The notes under the pieces are model-generated. The model saw only the letters and a list, made by a program, of their open reading frames with translations, did not search any database and was not told the DNA's origin. The position numbers and the translations under genes were made by a program. From the NCBI GenBank assembly GCA_963676835.2, contig CAXXFF010000002.1, forward strand, positions 1,504,001-1,568,000: 64,000 nucleotides of DNA, read 5' to 3'. Positions 38,012 through 48,307 of this stretch are shown here, piece by piece. Source of the DNA: Marispirochaeta sp. (GTDB taxonomy: Bacteria > Spirochaetota > Spirochaetia > JC444 > Marispirochaetaceae). Position 1 is the first letter of the stretch. Each line of letters opens with the position of its first letter.

Positions 38012-38041
38012 GACTATTCGGGAAACGGCTCCCGAATAGTC
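38012..38041. other. Perfect 12-bp intergenic hairpin
   Basis: GACTATTCGGGA-AACGGC-TCCCGAATAGTC. Confidence 0.6.
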
Positions 38042-38223
38042 GGCTGTTTTGTAATTTGGATACTGTTTTTATTGTACAGAGTTATCTCTCTTATCTCATC
38101 AGGCAGAAGTTCCAATCTGTGCTTCAAAATTTTTTTCCTTGACTTTGGCAATTTCGTCCCCTATCCTTAAACGCTAACTTTAATTTTTTGAGTTTCATTG
38201 TTTAAAGCATTGAGGAATATTGT

Positions 38224-40371
38224 ATGCGGCGGCCGTGGTTCTGGGCCTTACTGGCGTTTATTGTTGTTATACTCCTTGCAGGTGTCGCAAGTTCTCTCCT
38301 GACGTATCAGCGGGTAGCCCGTCTCTCTGACCTGAAGTCTCAGATGGACGAGACTCTTACAAAGATGTCCCAGCTGGTTACTGAAACCTACTACATGCTT
38401 TATGACTCTGATGATATACGGACTTCCCGGGAACGCTGGAACGGCTCTTTATCGAGCGCAATTATGGACCTCGGGCGTCTTGCCCGGCATCCCGGTCTTG
38501 AGTTTCTGGATACCTCCATTGCCGGTGAAGTAGATCAGATCCGCAATGCATGGAACGGCGCCACCCAGAACTATTTTTCCAGTGATGAGTTTTTAATCAG
38601 CTTCCTGGACTCCGATATTGAAATTTCCACCTACGACAATATCAGCAGTATGCTGTCTCAAATTGCCGAGATTTCTCCCGGGGCAGAGTTCAGCTCCGAT
38701 GATCAGATGGATATCTACCAGCTGAACCTTGCTTCAAGCCGTCTCAAGACAGGTAATGTTCAGCTTCGGGTGTTTATTACTTCCGGAGTGGAAGCCCTGC
38801 GGCAGAATGTTCAGGATGAATCAAACAAGGCGCTTAATCATACCCTGATTGTTTCCGGGGTTGTGCTTGTTTCCCTTATCCTGCTCATTATTCTGGTTCT
38901 TGTTTTCAGTCTGCGGATCCTGCGCCGGGCCAATATCAACCTGGAGGAACAGGTTGCCGGGCGGACCAGGTCTATTCAGAATCTGCTGGACTTCTCCGGT
39001 GTCGGCTATATTACCTTTGGTCCGGACATGACGGTAAACCCGGAAATATCCCGGGAGTGTGAGACTATCTTCGGCCGGTCCATTGCCGGTGATAATATAG
39101 CTCAGCTGCTTTTTTCGGAACCACAGGCTCAGCAGGATTTCGCCGATGCCATGGATCTGGTTTTTACGGGTACATCCCAGCCAGATGTAGTCTTTGATGT
39201 TCTGGAACCTAAAACTGTAATCGGCGAAAAGACCATTGCCATGAGTTTCAGGCTGGTAGATGGGGCCACTATTATGGGACAGCTTCAGGATATTTCTGAA
39301 AACGAGGCTCTTCAGCGGACCATTGCAAAAGAAAACACCCAGCGGGAAATGGTTCTCAAAGCAGTTACTGCCAAACGGTATTTTTTGAGTATCCTGGATG
39401 AGGCAAAAGACCTTTTTGCCGCTCTTGAAGCCTGTATTGTAGATGGTAATTTTCATGCCGATGAAGAGACCAACCACCGCATTGTCCGTGAGGTACACAC
39501 CTTTAAAGCCAATGCATCTTTTTTACGAATGAGCCGTACCTCAAAGCTTGCGCATGCCCTGGAAGAGGTGCTGATTGCCCAGGGCATTCTCGGAGATGAC
39601 GAGCCTCTTGGTAATGAAATAGCAGAGATGAAAAGCGCCTTTTCCGATGAGGTTGCCAGTGTGGTTGATATTCTCGGCCGGGAATGGCTTGAGGGTGCTG
39701 ATAAAATCGAAGTGAGTCTTGATCTGCTGGAAAACACCAGTACGCTCATAAAAAATCGCTATCCCGATGATGAAGAACTGATTCATGCGGTAGATCAGCT
39801 TTCCTATCTGCCTCTTTCCAACCTTTTTATCCGCCTTGGCGATATGAGCCGTGATCTGGCGGCAACAAACGGTAAAAAGGTCAATGTTCATATTGAAGAT
39901 AACAGTATCTCCGTTACCCCCCATCAGTATCATCATCTTTCAAATTCGGTAAACCATATTCTACGGAACATGATTACCCATGGAGTTGAATTCCCCCGGC
40001 ACCGCGAGAAAGCCGGGAAGAGTCCCGAAGGCAGTATCAGAATTCACTCCACCCTGGCGGACGGTGGTATCCGCATTGTAATTTCCGACGACGGTGCGGG
40101 GCTTTCTCTCCAGAAGATCAGCGAGCGGGCCAAGTCTCTCGGCTGGCTTAAGGATGGAGCATCTCTTTCCACCAAAGATATTGTAAAAATGATTTTCCAG
40201 CCGGGATTCTCAACCGCCGACATGGTAACCGCTGTAGCCGGCCGGGGATTCGGGCTTTCTGCTGTAAAAGAGTCGATCTATGAGATCGGCGGGAAAATAA
40301 AGGTATCCACCGCCAGAGGCCGGGGAACTTCATTTATTATTGTTATTCCAGAAAAAAGGATGAGTAACTGA
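38224..40371 (+). CDS. Membrane-bound CheA-like histidine kinase (sensor, PAS-like, Hpt, HATPase; no CheW domain)
   Basis: Two TM helices; Hpt REVHTFKANA...AHALE; HILRNMITHGVE, DDGAG, IFQPGFST, GRGFGL, GRGTSF; protein ends right after the ATPase domain. Confidence 0.85.
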   Translation: MRRPWFWALLAFIVVILLAGVASSLLTYQRVARLSDLKSQMDETLTKMSQLVTETYYMLYDSDDIRTSRERWNGSLSSAIMDLGRLARHPGLEFLDTSIAGEVDQIRNAWNGATQNYFSSDEFLISFLDSDIEISTYDNISSMLSQIAEISPGAEFSSDDQMDIYQLNLASSRLKTGNVQLRVFITSGVEALRQNVQDESNKALNHTLIVSGVVLVSLILLIILVLVFSLRILRRANINLEEQVAGRTRSIQNLLDFSGVGYITFGPDMTVNPEISRECETIFGRSIAGDNIAQLLFSEPQAQQDFADAMDLVFTGTSQPDVVFDVLEPKTVIGEKTIAMSFRLVDGATIMGQLQDISENEALQRTIAKENTQREMVLKAVTAKRYFLSILDEAKDLFAALEACIVDGNFHADEETNHRIVREVHTFKANASFLRMSRTSKLAHALEEVLIAQGILGDDEPLGNEIAEMKSAFSDEVASVVDILGREWLEGADKIEVSLDLLENTSTLIKNRYPDDEELIHAVDQLSYLPLSNLFIRLGDMSRDLAATNGKKVNVHIEDNSISVTPHQYHHLSNSVNHILRNMITHGVEFPRHREKAGKSPEGSIRIHSTLADGGIRIVISDDGAGLSLQKISERAKSLGWLKDGASLSTKDIVKMIFQPGFSTADMVTAVAGRGFGLSAVKESIYEIGGKIKVSTARGRGTSFIIVIPEKRMSN

Positions 40372-40844
40372 TGAAAGCGGAGTACGCAAACGTTTTTATT
40401 CGCAGTGCGGTACATGTATTCAAAAAGGAACTGAATATAAACATGTCCCGCCAGTCTCTGGTAAAAAAGAAAGCACCTTTGCCGGGACTTCCGGTCTGCA
40501 TAATTCTCGGCATAACCGGGCATGTCCGCGGACAGGTCGTCTATTCCATAGACCGCAGTTTTGCCCAGGATATTACCCATGCCATGCTGCCCAACAAGCT
40601 GCCCAACGAGCTGAAGAAGTATATAAACTCTGCAGTGGGCGAAATCGGTAATATGATTACCGGACGGGCCAGTATTGATCTGGCGGGGCAGGATGAGGTG
40701 ATTAACCTTACTCCTCCTGCTGTCTTTTCCGGAACTCAGATTGAGTTTGACTTTCTGGAAATGCCTACTGTTGCTCTGCGTCTGCTGTCTGAAATGGGGA
40801 CGCTGGAAATTAATATAGCCTTGATGGAGGAGGTTCAGGAATGA
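40371..40844 (+). CDS. cheX: CheX chemotaxis phosphatase
   Basis: YANVFI, LGITGHVRG, SAVGEIGNMITG (ExxN), LTPP. Confidence 0.9.
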   Translation: MKAEYANVFIRSAVHVFKKELNINMSRQSLVKKKAPLPGLPVCIILGITGHVRGQVVYSIDRSFAQDITHAMLPNKLPNELKKYINSAVGEIGNMITGRASIDLAGQDEVINLTPPAVFSGTQIEFDFLEMPTVALRLLSEMGTLEINIALMEEVQE

Positions 40845-41215
40845 TACGTGGATTAATCGTGGATGATGCCGCAATAATGCGGCTGCGGCTTCGGGAGATT
40901 CTGGAACCTGAGTACGATATAGTGGGTGAAGCCGGGGACGGCGATGAGGCTATTGAGATGTACGATAAGTACAAGCCGGATTTTATAACCCTCGATATCT
41001 CCATGCCCAATACCAATGGTATGGAAGCCCTTGAAATTCTTATGAAGCGGAATCCTCCCCCCAGGGTGGTTATTGTCAGCGCAGTCGGGCAGCAGCGGCT
41101 GGTTATTCAGGCGCTAAAAAGCGGGGCAAAAGACTTCGTAATAAAACCCTTCGAACCGCCCCGGGTGCTCAAGGCGGTGGAAAGGGTTCTGGCGGCAGCT
41201 GAAGTTCCCGGGTGA
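40841..41215 (+). CDS. CheY-like single-domain response regulator
   Basis: IVDD, TLDISMP, VSAVGQ, FVIKPF. Confidence 0.9.
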   Translation: MIRGLIVDDAAIMRLRLREILEPEYDIVGEAGDGDEAIEMYDKYKPDFITLDISMPNTNGMEALEILMKRNPPPRVVIVSAVGQQRLVIQALKSGAKDFVIKPFEPPRVLKAVERVLAAAEVPG

Positions 41216-41243
41216 AACTTTCGATACTTATTTTTTGCCGCCT

Positions 41244-42005
41244 TTAATTCAGCAGCGAAAAAGACTGGAACACTGCAGAAATATCGGCTGCAGACTTGGC
41301 AGTCCCGGATAGACGGGCTTCTGCAATGTCACCGTAGAAGGAGGTGTTCGAGCTTCGTCCACCAATCCATATGGCTTCAACATTGCCAATTGTCCAGGTT
41401 TGATCACTCCTTGATGCAGCCAGCGTTCCGTCAATGTAGATTTTCATTGTAGATCCTGCGTATGTACAAGCTATATAATGCCATTCTCCATCCCAGCTGC
41501 TATCATCCGAAACAACTAAATCTCCGCTCCAGCTGGTCATGTTTCCCACATTAAACTGAAGGTGTGAATCCCAGTCGTATTTTATCGAGCATTGCATAAA
41601 TCCCAACCAGAAAAAGTCACAATATGTTGAGTTTGCGGTATCTCCTCGCAGGATAAACTCGGCAGTAAAGCTTCCGGTTGGTATGGGCGAGACTGCTGAA
41701 TAGCAATAATCAAGATCTGTATCGAAATTCATGATTCCACCCCACTGGGAATCGGAAAACCAGTTGGGGTCTGCTGTTTCTGCAGCTGATGTAGAGCCGC
41801 GGTAGAGTGCGTATCCGTTTCCCGAATCATCACTTACTGTTTGTCCCGACAGGTCATTAAAATGCCATAACCCAATGGTTGAGGCCTCAAGGTCGAATTC
41901 CGTTTTTGGAGGTGTGTTTGTTCCGGAGTCGCCATTGGAGCAGTTGTTAAGCAGTAGTGCTGTTAACAATAGCAGACTTGTTTTTAGTAAAAAATCTTTT
42001 TTCAT
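41244..42005 (-). CDS. LamG/concanavalin-like domain lipoprotein
   Basis: Lipoprotein-type signal ending LNNC; GLWHFND, DDSGNG, WHYIACTY, IYIDG, IGG, FYGDIAE. Confidence 0.8.
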   Translation of the reverse strand: MKKDFLLKTSLLLLTALLLNNCSNGDSGTNTPPKTEFDLEASTIGLWHFNDLSGQTVSDDSGNGYALYRGSTSAAETADPNWFSDSQWGGIMNFDTDLDYCYSAVSPIPTGSFTAEFILRGDTANSTYCDFFWLGFMQCSIKYDWDSHLQFNVGNMTSWSGDLVVSDDSSWDGEWHYIACTYAGSTMKIYIDGTLAASRSDQTWTIGNVEAIWIGGRSSNTSFYGDIAEARLSGTAKSAADISAVFQSFSLLN

Positions 42006-42253
42006 AGTCTTTCTCCTGAAATTGTTTTGAAATCAGGTAAATCCCCTTCCAAACCGTATTTGAATTAAAAAGGTATGTATGAATCGTTGAAAGGTTTGTG
42101 CAGTATTATTACATTGTTCATTAACTTTACCTTATACTGTGATAGTATTTTACAGTAATTTGCCTGTCAAGATAAACATTAGCACAGTATGTAAAATCTC
42201 AATATGTCTTCTGTAATAGTAATATATCACTATGTCATGCTATATTCCTGCAT

Positions 42254-43300
42254 ATGGCAAACTCTTGTAAAACAGTAGCATTTCCTGCAGAATGGGCAGA
42301 GCAGGACTCAATACAGATCGCATGGCCCCATGGGGACAGTGATTGGGAACCCTATCTTGAAGAGGCGGAAGCCTGTTTTCTCCGTATTGCAGAGGCTGTT
42401 GCCTCCCGCCAACGGCTCATTATTATTACACCCGATACAGACCATGCGCGGGAATGCATTTCCTCTTTTACAAACGAAACACAATCACGCATCTCTTTTA
42501 TGGAACTCCCCACAAATGACACCTGGAGCAGGGATTTCGGCGGCATAACTGTCTTCAAGCAAGGCAATCCCGAAATATGTGATTTTACCTTCAACGGCTG
42601 GGGCCTGAAATTCCCGGCCGACCGGGACAATCTTATAACCCGGCAGATGTTTGACGGTCAGGTATTTTCTCCAAATACCAAGTATGCTAACTGCAGGGAT
42701 TTTGTTCTCGAAGGCGGGTCTGTCGAGAGTGACGGGATGGGAACCATTCTCACCACCAGTACTTGTCTGCTTTCTCCCAACCGGAATGCCCACCTTAATA
42801 AAAGTGCGATTGAGGAAAAGCTGTGTTCGGTACTTGGAGCTGACAGAATACTCTGGCTGGATCATGGATATCTTGCCGGTGATGACACCGACAGCCATAT
42901 CGATACTCTTGCGCGCTTCTGTAATGAAGAGACAATCTGTTTTGTGGAATGTACTGACAGAAGCGATGAGCATTTTACGGAACTGCAGGCAATGAAACAG
43001 CAGCTTGAAAGTTTCCGTACCCCCGAGGGCCGTCCCTACCGGCTTGTTCCCCTGCCCATGGCGGAGCCTGTGTTTTATGAAGGGGAACGTCTGCCTGCAA
43101 CCTATGCTAATTTTCTGATTATAAACGGCGCTGTTCTCTGTCCAACCTATGGAACTGATACGGATCTTCAGGCACTGAAAATCCTTGGAGAGATTTTTTC
43201 GGATCGGGAGATTATCGGAATTGACTGTTCGGTACTGATTAAACAGCATGGTTCCCTCCACTGTGTGACCATGCAGTATCCAAAGGGGACAATAAAATGA
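42254..43300 (+). CDS. aguA: Agmatine deiminase family protein
   Basis: FPAEW, DTWSRD, FNGWG, LEGGS, DDTDSHID, ATYANF, GSLHCVT. Confidence 0.88.
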   Translation: MANSCKTVAFPAEWAEQDSIQIAWPHGDSDWEPYLEEAEACFLRIAEAVASRQRLIIITPDTDHARECISSFTNETQSRISFMELPTNDTWSRDFGGITVFKQGNPEICDFTFNGWGLKFPADRDNLITRQMFDGQVFSPNTKYANCRDFVLEGGSVESDGMGTILTTSTCLLSPNRNAHLNKSAIEEKLCSVLGADRILWLDHGYLAGDDTDSHIDTLARFCNEETICFVECTDRSDEHFTELQAMKQQLESFRTPEGRPYRLVPLPMAEPVFYEGERLPATYANFLIINGAVLCPTYGTDTDLQALKILGEIFSDREIIGIDCSVLIKQHGSLHCVTMQYPKGTIK

Positions 43301-44187
43301 AACGAGAATCGGTACAGGTCGGATTTGTGCAGCAGCACAACACCGGGGATATTAAAGACAATATGAACCGCCTGTCTGCGGGGATCAAATCTGCTGCGGC
43401 ACAGGGTGCCGAACTTGTAGTCCTTCAGGAACTGCATAACAGTCTCTATTTCTGTCAGGTTGAAACTCCCGATAACTTTGATCTTGCAGAGCCCATTCCC
43501 GGCCCGTCTACTGAGTATTACTGCAGTCTTGCCGCAGAGCATGGAATAGTTCTGGTTACATCCCTCTTTGAAAAACGGGCGGCCGGACTTTACCACAATA
43601 CGGCAGTTGTATTTGATACGGACGGAAGCATGGCCGGCCGCTACCGTAAAATGCACATTCCCGATGATCCCGCCTATTACGAAAAATTCTATTTTACCCC
43701 CGGGGATCTCGGCTTTACTCCAATTGATACCTCTCTCGGTCGTCTTGGCATCCTGGTCTGCTGGGATCAGTGGTACCCCGAAGCGGCACGGCTGATGGCA
43801 CTCGCCGGAGCTGAGATGCTCATCTATCCCACAGCCATCGGTTTTGAAAGCAGCGACAGCGAAGAAGAAAAGGAACGCCAGCGGCAGAGCTGGATTACCG
43901 TACAGCGGGGTCATGCGGTTGCAAACGGTCTGCCGGTAATTGCTGTCAACCGGGTGGGCTTTGAAGCTGATCCCAGCGGTGTCACCGGCGGCATTCAGTT
44001 CTGGGGCAGCTCCTTTGTGGCGGGTCCCCAGGGGGAACTGCTGTATCAGAGCTCAACAGATTCTGAGGATCGCGCGGTTGTGTCGGTTAATTTAAAACGG
44101 TCGGAAGAGGTCCGCAGGATGTGGCCATTTCTGCGGGATCGCCGTATAGACAGCTTCACCGATCTCACGAAGAGATTTATCGATTAA
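43297..44187 (+). CDS. aguB: N-carbamoylputrescine amidase (carbon-nitrogen hydrolase)
   Basis: LQELH, YRKMHIPDDP.YYEKFYF.PGD, VCWDQWYPE, YPTAIG, WPFLRDRR; coupled to the agmatine deiminase. Confidence 0.88.
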   Translation: MKRESVQVGFVQQHNTGDIKDNMNRLSAGIKSAAAQGAELVVLQELHNSLYFCQVETPDNFDLAEPIPGPSTEYYCSLAAEHGIVLVTSLFEKRAAGLYHNTAVVFDTDGSMAGRYRKMHIPDDPAYYEKFYFTPGDLGFTPIDTSLGRLGILVCWDQWYPEAARLMALAGAEMLIYPTAIGFESSDSEEEKERQRQSWITVQRGHAVANGLPVIAVNRVGFEADPSGVTGGIQFWGSSFVAGPQGELLYQSSTDSEDRAVVSVNLKRSEEVRRMWPFLRDRRIDSFTDLTKRFID

Positions 44188-44202
44188 TACCCGCTCCGGC
44201 AA

Positions 44203-44856
44203 TTACAGTTTCAGCCCGGATAGTGTAAGCAGAGCAGGCTTGAAAATTTCAATTCTCTTTTTGTCCATCTCACCGGTCCAGGAAAGAACAATATGCTTTT
44301 TCAGTAAGAACAACGCTCCTCCCGGGGGAAGAACCTCTTTAAGAACATGGTTTACCTCATCTGTCCAGGCTGAACTTTCCACCAATTCAGGGTTCGGACT
44401 CAGCAGCCAGTTCCATTCTTCACCAGTTACAACCTTCAGGGCGCTGCCTGCTGCAGCCTCTGCCGCTCTTCCCATAAGACCTTCCTGTCTTCGCACCACC
44501 CAGAAACTGTCACCGGCGGCTTTGCGGGGGCAGATGCCCAGGGTGTAGCGGTTTCCCCGGTTACGGGCAACCCCGGGGATAAAATATCTGTACTCGCAAA
44601 TTGTCAGTCCGTCTCCGGAATCGAGCAGGTTGTAAATATTGTGTTTTCCGCGGCGCAGGGAAAACAGCTCCTCCTCCAGGACCGGCAGTATTGGGTGCTG
44701 ATCAGCTGATTTGGAAAAACTCCATCCCATCTCCGCCGCAATTGAGGCGAAAACAGCCCCCGACCGGAGTTTCCGGATCAGGATACGTATAAGAAGAACG
44801 GTCATGACTATAGGAATGCCGAAAAAGAGTGTTAAGAAAATAATCGATTCTATCAT
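44203..44856 (-). CDS. Hypothetical membrane-anchored protein
   Basis: N-terminal TM helix; 217-aa ORF filling the gap between neighbours. Confidence 0.6.
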   Translation of the reverse strand: MIESIIFLTLFFGIPIVMTVLLIRILIRKLRSGAVFASIAAEMGWSFSKSADQHPILPVLEEELFSLRRGKHNIYNLLDSGDGLTICEYRYFIPGVARNRGNRYTLGICPRKAAGDSFWVVRRQEGLMGRAAEAAAGSALKVVTGEEWNWLLSPNPELVESSAWTDEVNHVLKEVLPPGGALFLLKKHIVLSWTGEMDKKRIEIFKPALLTLSGLKL

Positions 44857-44919
44857 GCTTTTATTCTATCATCATCAGTGGGATAAGAGGATGGTTTTTC
44901 CTGTTTGCCTATAAGGTAA

Positions 44920-46260
44920 ATGGGGAGTACATTGGGAATATCCCTGGGAGCTGCAAAAGATATGACACGCGGAAATAAAAAAATCGGATTAACTGAATTG
45001 GTGGCCATCGGAATCGGCGGTATGGTTGGGGGCGGTATATTTGCTGTTCTCGGCCTTGCAGTTTCTCTTGCCGGTGGGGGAACTCCTGCTGCATTTCTGA
45101 TTGCGGGGAGTCTTGCATTGATAACCGCAAAGAGTTATTCCAGGCTCTCCCTTTCGTTTCCCGACCGCGGAGGTACGGTCAGGTTTATCAATCAGGGGTT
45201 CGGCCGTTCTGTATTCAGCGGAGGGATTAATAATCTTCTCTGGTTAAGCTATGTAATCATGCTCTCTCTGTATGCTTCCGCTTTTGCTTCCTATGCCGCC
45301 AACCTTCTGCCATTCTTCGGAAACGGAAGGGGTGCTTTTCACCTGTTTGCAACAGGAATTATTATTACAGCAACCATCATCAACTATGCCAGTGTAAAGG
45401 TTGTGGGGATTATTGAAGATTATGCAGTTGTAATAAAGCTTCTTATTCTTCTGGTTTTTACGGTTTTCGGACTCTATGGTCTTTTCTCCAGTTCGCATTT
45501 ATCACAGCTTGCTCCGGCAAACTGGAAGAGCCCCCTGAGCCTGCTGACCGGAGGTATGGTAATTTTTGTTGCCTACGAAGGATTTGAACTGATCGCCAAT
45601 GCCGCACCGGATGTTGTGAATCCGGAAAAGAATATACCCCTGGCCTACTCTGTGTCGGTAATTTTTGTTATATGCCTCTATCTGGTTATTGCCGTTATTA
45701 CAGTCGGGTCTCTCTCTTTTGACACGATTGCCTCCGCCGAAGACTATGCTCTCGCGGAAGCGGCACGGCCAGTACTGGGACAGTCGGGATTTGTTCTCAT
45801 TGGTGTTGCCGCATTGATTTCAACCTTTTCTGCAATAAATGCCTCCCTCTATGGCGGCAGCCGGGTAAGTTATGAAATAGCCGAGGATGATGAACTGCCC
45901 CATGAATTTTCCGGAAAATTATGGAACCATCCTGTAGGGTTACTGATTACGTCCGGCATAACCCTGGTGGTGGTTAATCTTATTAATCTTGAAAGTATCT
46001 CCACCGCGGGAAGCGCTGGATTTATCCTGGTGTTCTCCCTGGTGAATTTTACAGCTTTCAAGTACAGCCGGCAGTCCGGCAGGCCTGATTATCTGGCGGC
46101 TCTTGGTTTTTTTCTTGGACTTGTTTCGCTGATGAGCCTGATGGTTCAGCAGTTTATATCAAATTTTTTCGGAGCAGTGTTTTCGGTGGCAATTATAATC
46201 TTTTCTCTTGCAGTTGAATGGGGTTATAAATGGCTGGAGCGTATGCCTGAAGTAAAATGA
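44920..46260 (+). CDS. APC-family amino acid/polyamine permease
   Basis: GIGGMVGGGIF, FVAYEGFELI, many TM segments. Confidence 0.88.
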   Translation: MGSTLGISLGAAKDMTRGNKKIGLTELVAIGIGGMVGGGIFAVLGLAVSLAGGGTPAAFLIAGSLALITAKSYSRLSLSFPDRGGTVRFINQGFGRSVFSGGINNLLWLSYVIMLSLYASAFASYAANLLPFFGNGRGAFHLFATGIIITATIINYASVKVVGIIEDYAVVIKLLILLVFTVFGLYGLFSSSHLSQLAPANWKSPLSLLTGGMVIFVAYEGFELIANAAPDVVNPEKNIPLAYSVSVIFVICLYLVIAVITVGSLSFDTIASAEDYALAEAARPVLGQSGFVLIGVAALISTFSAINASLYGGSRVSYEIAEDDELPHEFSGKLWNHPVGLLITSGITLVVVNLINLESISTAGSAGFILVFSLVNFTAFKYSRQSGRPDYLAALGFFLGLVSLMSLMVQQFISNFFGAVFSVAIIIFSLAVEWGYKWLERMPEVK

Positions 46261-46272
46261 TGAGGTTATGTA

Positions 46273-46704
46273 ATGAAAAGAATTCTTGTGCTTGTATTTG
46301 TGCTGCTTTCCTTTTCTCTTGCGGCCGAGGGGCTTAAGACTGCTGAGCAAACAGAAAGGTTTGCAGAAAAGCTTATAACCATGTTTTACGCCAAAGACTT
46401 TAAAGGCGGCATTGATGCTGCCCGTCCCTACTGGCCGCTGCCTCAGGGAGAACTCGATAGTCTGACAACCACCATTATCAGTCAGTGGGTTGTTGTGGAA
46501 AACAGATTCGGTAATGCTACCGGATATGAGCTGATCAAAAAAGAGAAGATTGGCAGCTCTTTTATTCGCTACTACTATCTGCACAAGTTTGAGCGTCATG
46601 CCATCTACTGGAATTTTACTTTTTATAAACCCGAAGATGTGTGGGTGATCAACACCATTTCCTTTATGGATGATCTTGAGATTCTGTTCGAAGCTGCAGA
46701 TTAG
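46273..46704 (+). CDS. Exported hypothetical protein
   Basis: Signal peptide, GAGG RBS, C-terminal FTFYKP..VW.IN. Confidence 0.7.
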   Translation: MKRILVLVFVLLSFSLAAEGLKTAEQTERFAEKLITMFYAKDFKGGIDAARPYWPLPQGELDSLTTTIISQWVVVENRFGNATGYELIKKEKIGSSFIRYYYLHKFERHAIYWNFTFYKPEDVWVINTISFMDDLEILFEAAD

Positions 46705-46716
46705 AAGGATCGCCGC

Positions 46717-47724
46717 ATGAATGCCGAATCTGAGAAACTGGTAGGGTGGGGGATTATCGGAGCGGGAATCATTGCCCGTAAGTTTGCCGATGCGGTCGTG
46801 TCAGCTAAAGAGAGCCGGGTTCTTGCTGTGGCTTCAAAGGATGCAAAACGGGCAGCCGATTTTGCAGCTGAGTTTGCCATTCCCCGGGCCTGTACCTACA
46901 GCCAGTTGGTAAACGATCCGGAGATCGATATTGTCTACGTGGCAACTACCCACAATTTCCATTATGAGTGCGCCCGGCTTGCCCTCGAAGCAGGCAAGCC
47001 GGTTCTTCTGGAAAAGCCCTTTACCGTGAATGCCCGTCAGGCGGAAGAACTGGCAGCTCTTGCCCGAAGCCGGGAGCTGCTCCTCATGGAAGCCGTCTGG
47101 GTGCGCTATCTTCCTGCACTTATAACCATGAAGCGGATGATCGCAGAAGGTGTAATCGGTGAGGTGAAGCAGGCTTCAGCAACGTTCGGTAATTTTGTAT
47201 TGCCCCGTTTTGAGAACCGTCTGCAGGATCCTGCCCTTGCCGGAGGAGCAACCCTCGACATGGGGATCTACCCCATCAGCGTAGTCAGTTATATCCTCGG
47301 TGAAGTTCCCTCGGAAGTCAGTTCCATGTGCCGCTTTTCCGAAAGCGGGGTAGATGAGGTTGCAGACTATCTTTTTCGGTATCCATCCGGATGTCTGGCC
47401 CATATTTCCGCCAGTTATAAACTGAAAATGGAAAAGCGTGCCTGCTTTTACGGAAGCAAAGGGTATATCGAGTTTAATGATTTTCCATCCGGCTCCGGCT
47501 TTACTCTAAACCTGCATAATGGAACGAATGATATTGTTCAAACCGAGCGGATAGAACTGGAACAGAGCGATAACGGTTTTGTATATCAGGTGGCGGAAGC
47601 TGTCCGCTGTCTGCGTGAGGGGCTTACAGAAACCCCGGTAATTCCCCTGGATGAAACAATAGCCCTGATGTGGGTTATGGACCGGATGCGCAGGGAATGG
47701 GGACTTCAGTATGATTGTGAGTAA
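46717..47724 (+). CDS. Gfo/Idh/MocA oxidoreductase
   Basis: WGIIGAG.IA, VYVAT, LEKP, GGATLDMGIY. Confidence 0.9.
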   Translation: MNAESEKLVGWGIIGAGIIARKFADAVVSAKESRVLAVASKDAKRAADFAAEFAIPRACTYSQLVNDPEIDIVYVATTHNFHYECARLALEAGKPVLLEKPFTVNARQAEELAALARSRELLLMEAVWVRYLPALITMKRMIAEGVIGEVKQASATFGNFVLPRFENRLQDPALAGGATLDMGIYPISVVSYILGEVPSEVSSMCRFSESGVDEVADYLFRYPSGCLAHISASYKLKMEKRACFYGSKGYIEFNDFPSGSGFTLNLHNGTNDIVQTERIELEQSDNGFVYQVAEAVRCLREGLTETPVIPLDETIALMWVMDRMRREWGLQYDCE

Positions 47725-47735
47725 GGCAGGAGTCG

Positions 47736-48224
47736 ATGATGAAAGCTTTTCTAAGGCCGCAGTATGAAAACGTACTCAAGATGCTGGAGGAGTGTATAGC
47801 GAAGTATCCGGATGATCTCTGGGCGGACACCGGATACCAGAACCCTGCCTGGCATGTGGCGTATCATGCGCTGTACTATACGAATATCTATCTTGCCCCG
47901 ACGGAGGATGAAATCCGTCACTGGCCGGAAGAGCAGGCGGAACTGCATTACCTTGCCAGTAGTGCACATCCGGAGTATAGCGGGGTTTTCAAAAAAGCAG
48001 TTCCCTACAGTAGGGACGAGATGATCTCTTTTCTCGGTTTAATCAGACAGTACCTTTCCCAATACCTGCAGAACCTGGATCCCCATGCCCCCGCATGGCC
48101 GTCCTGGTACGATCAGCCCCGCGGTGAGTTTCATATCAATAATCTGCGCCATCTGCAGCATCATACAGGGGAGTTGCAGGAACGGATTAACAGCCGGAGA
48201 ACTACAACCAATGAGTGGTTTTGA
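47736..48224 (+). CDS. DinB-family protein
   Basis: WHVAYH.LY, NLRHLQHH.GE. Confidence 0.8.
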   Translation: MMKAFLRPQYENVLKMLEECIAKYPDDLWADTGYQNPAWHVAYHALYYTNIYLAPTEDEIRHWPEEQAELHYLASSAHPEYSGVFKKAVPYSRDEMISFLGLIRQYLSQYLQNLDPHAPAWPSWYDQPRGEFHINNLRHLQHHTGELQERINSRRTTTNEWF

Positions 48225-48307
48225 ATTATTAGTAATATAGTCAAATAAGTTGAGCTCCTGCGCTGAAATGAGTATCTTCATTTATATACAAGGCAAGGAG
48301 ATGTTCA

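Noticed and set aside
37977..38100. Riboswitch upstream of the kinase or porin gene
   Set aside because: A hairpin is present, but I could not match conserved motifs of a known riboswitch class; an Rfam scan would settle it.
38224..40371. Calling this gene cheA
   Set aside because: It has TM and sensor regions and lacks the CheW domain that defines CheA.
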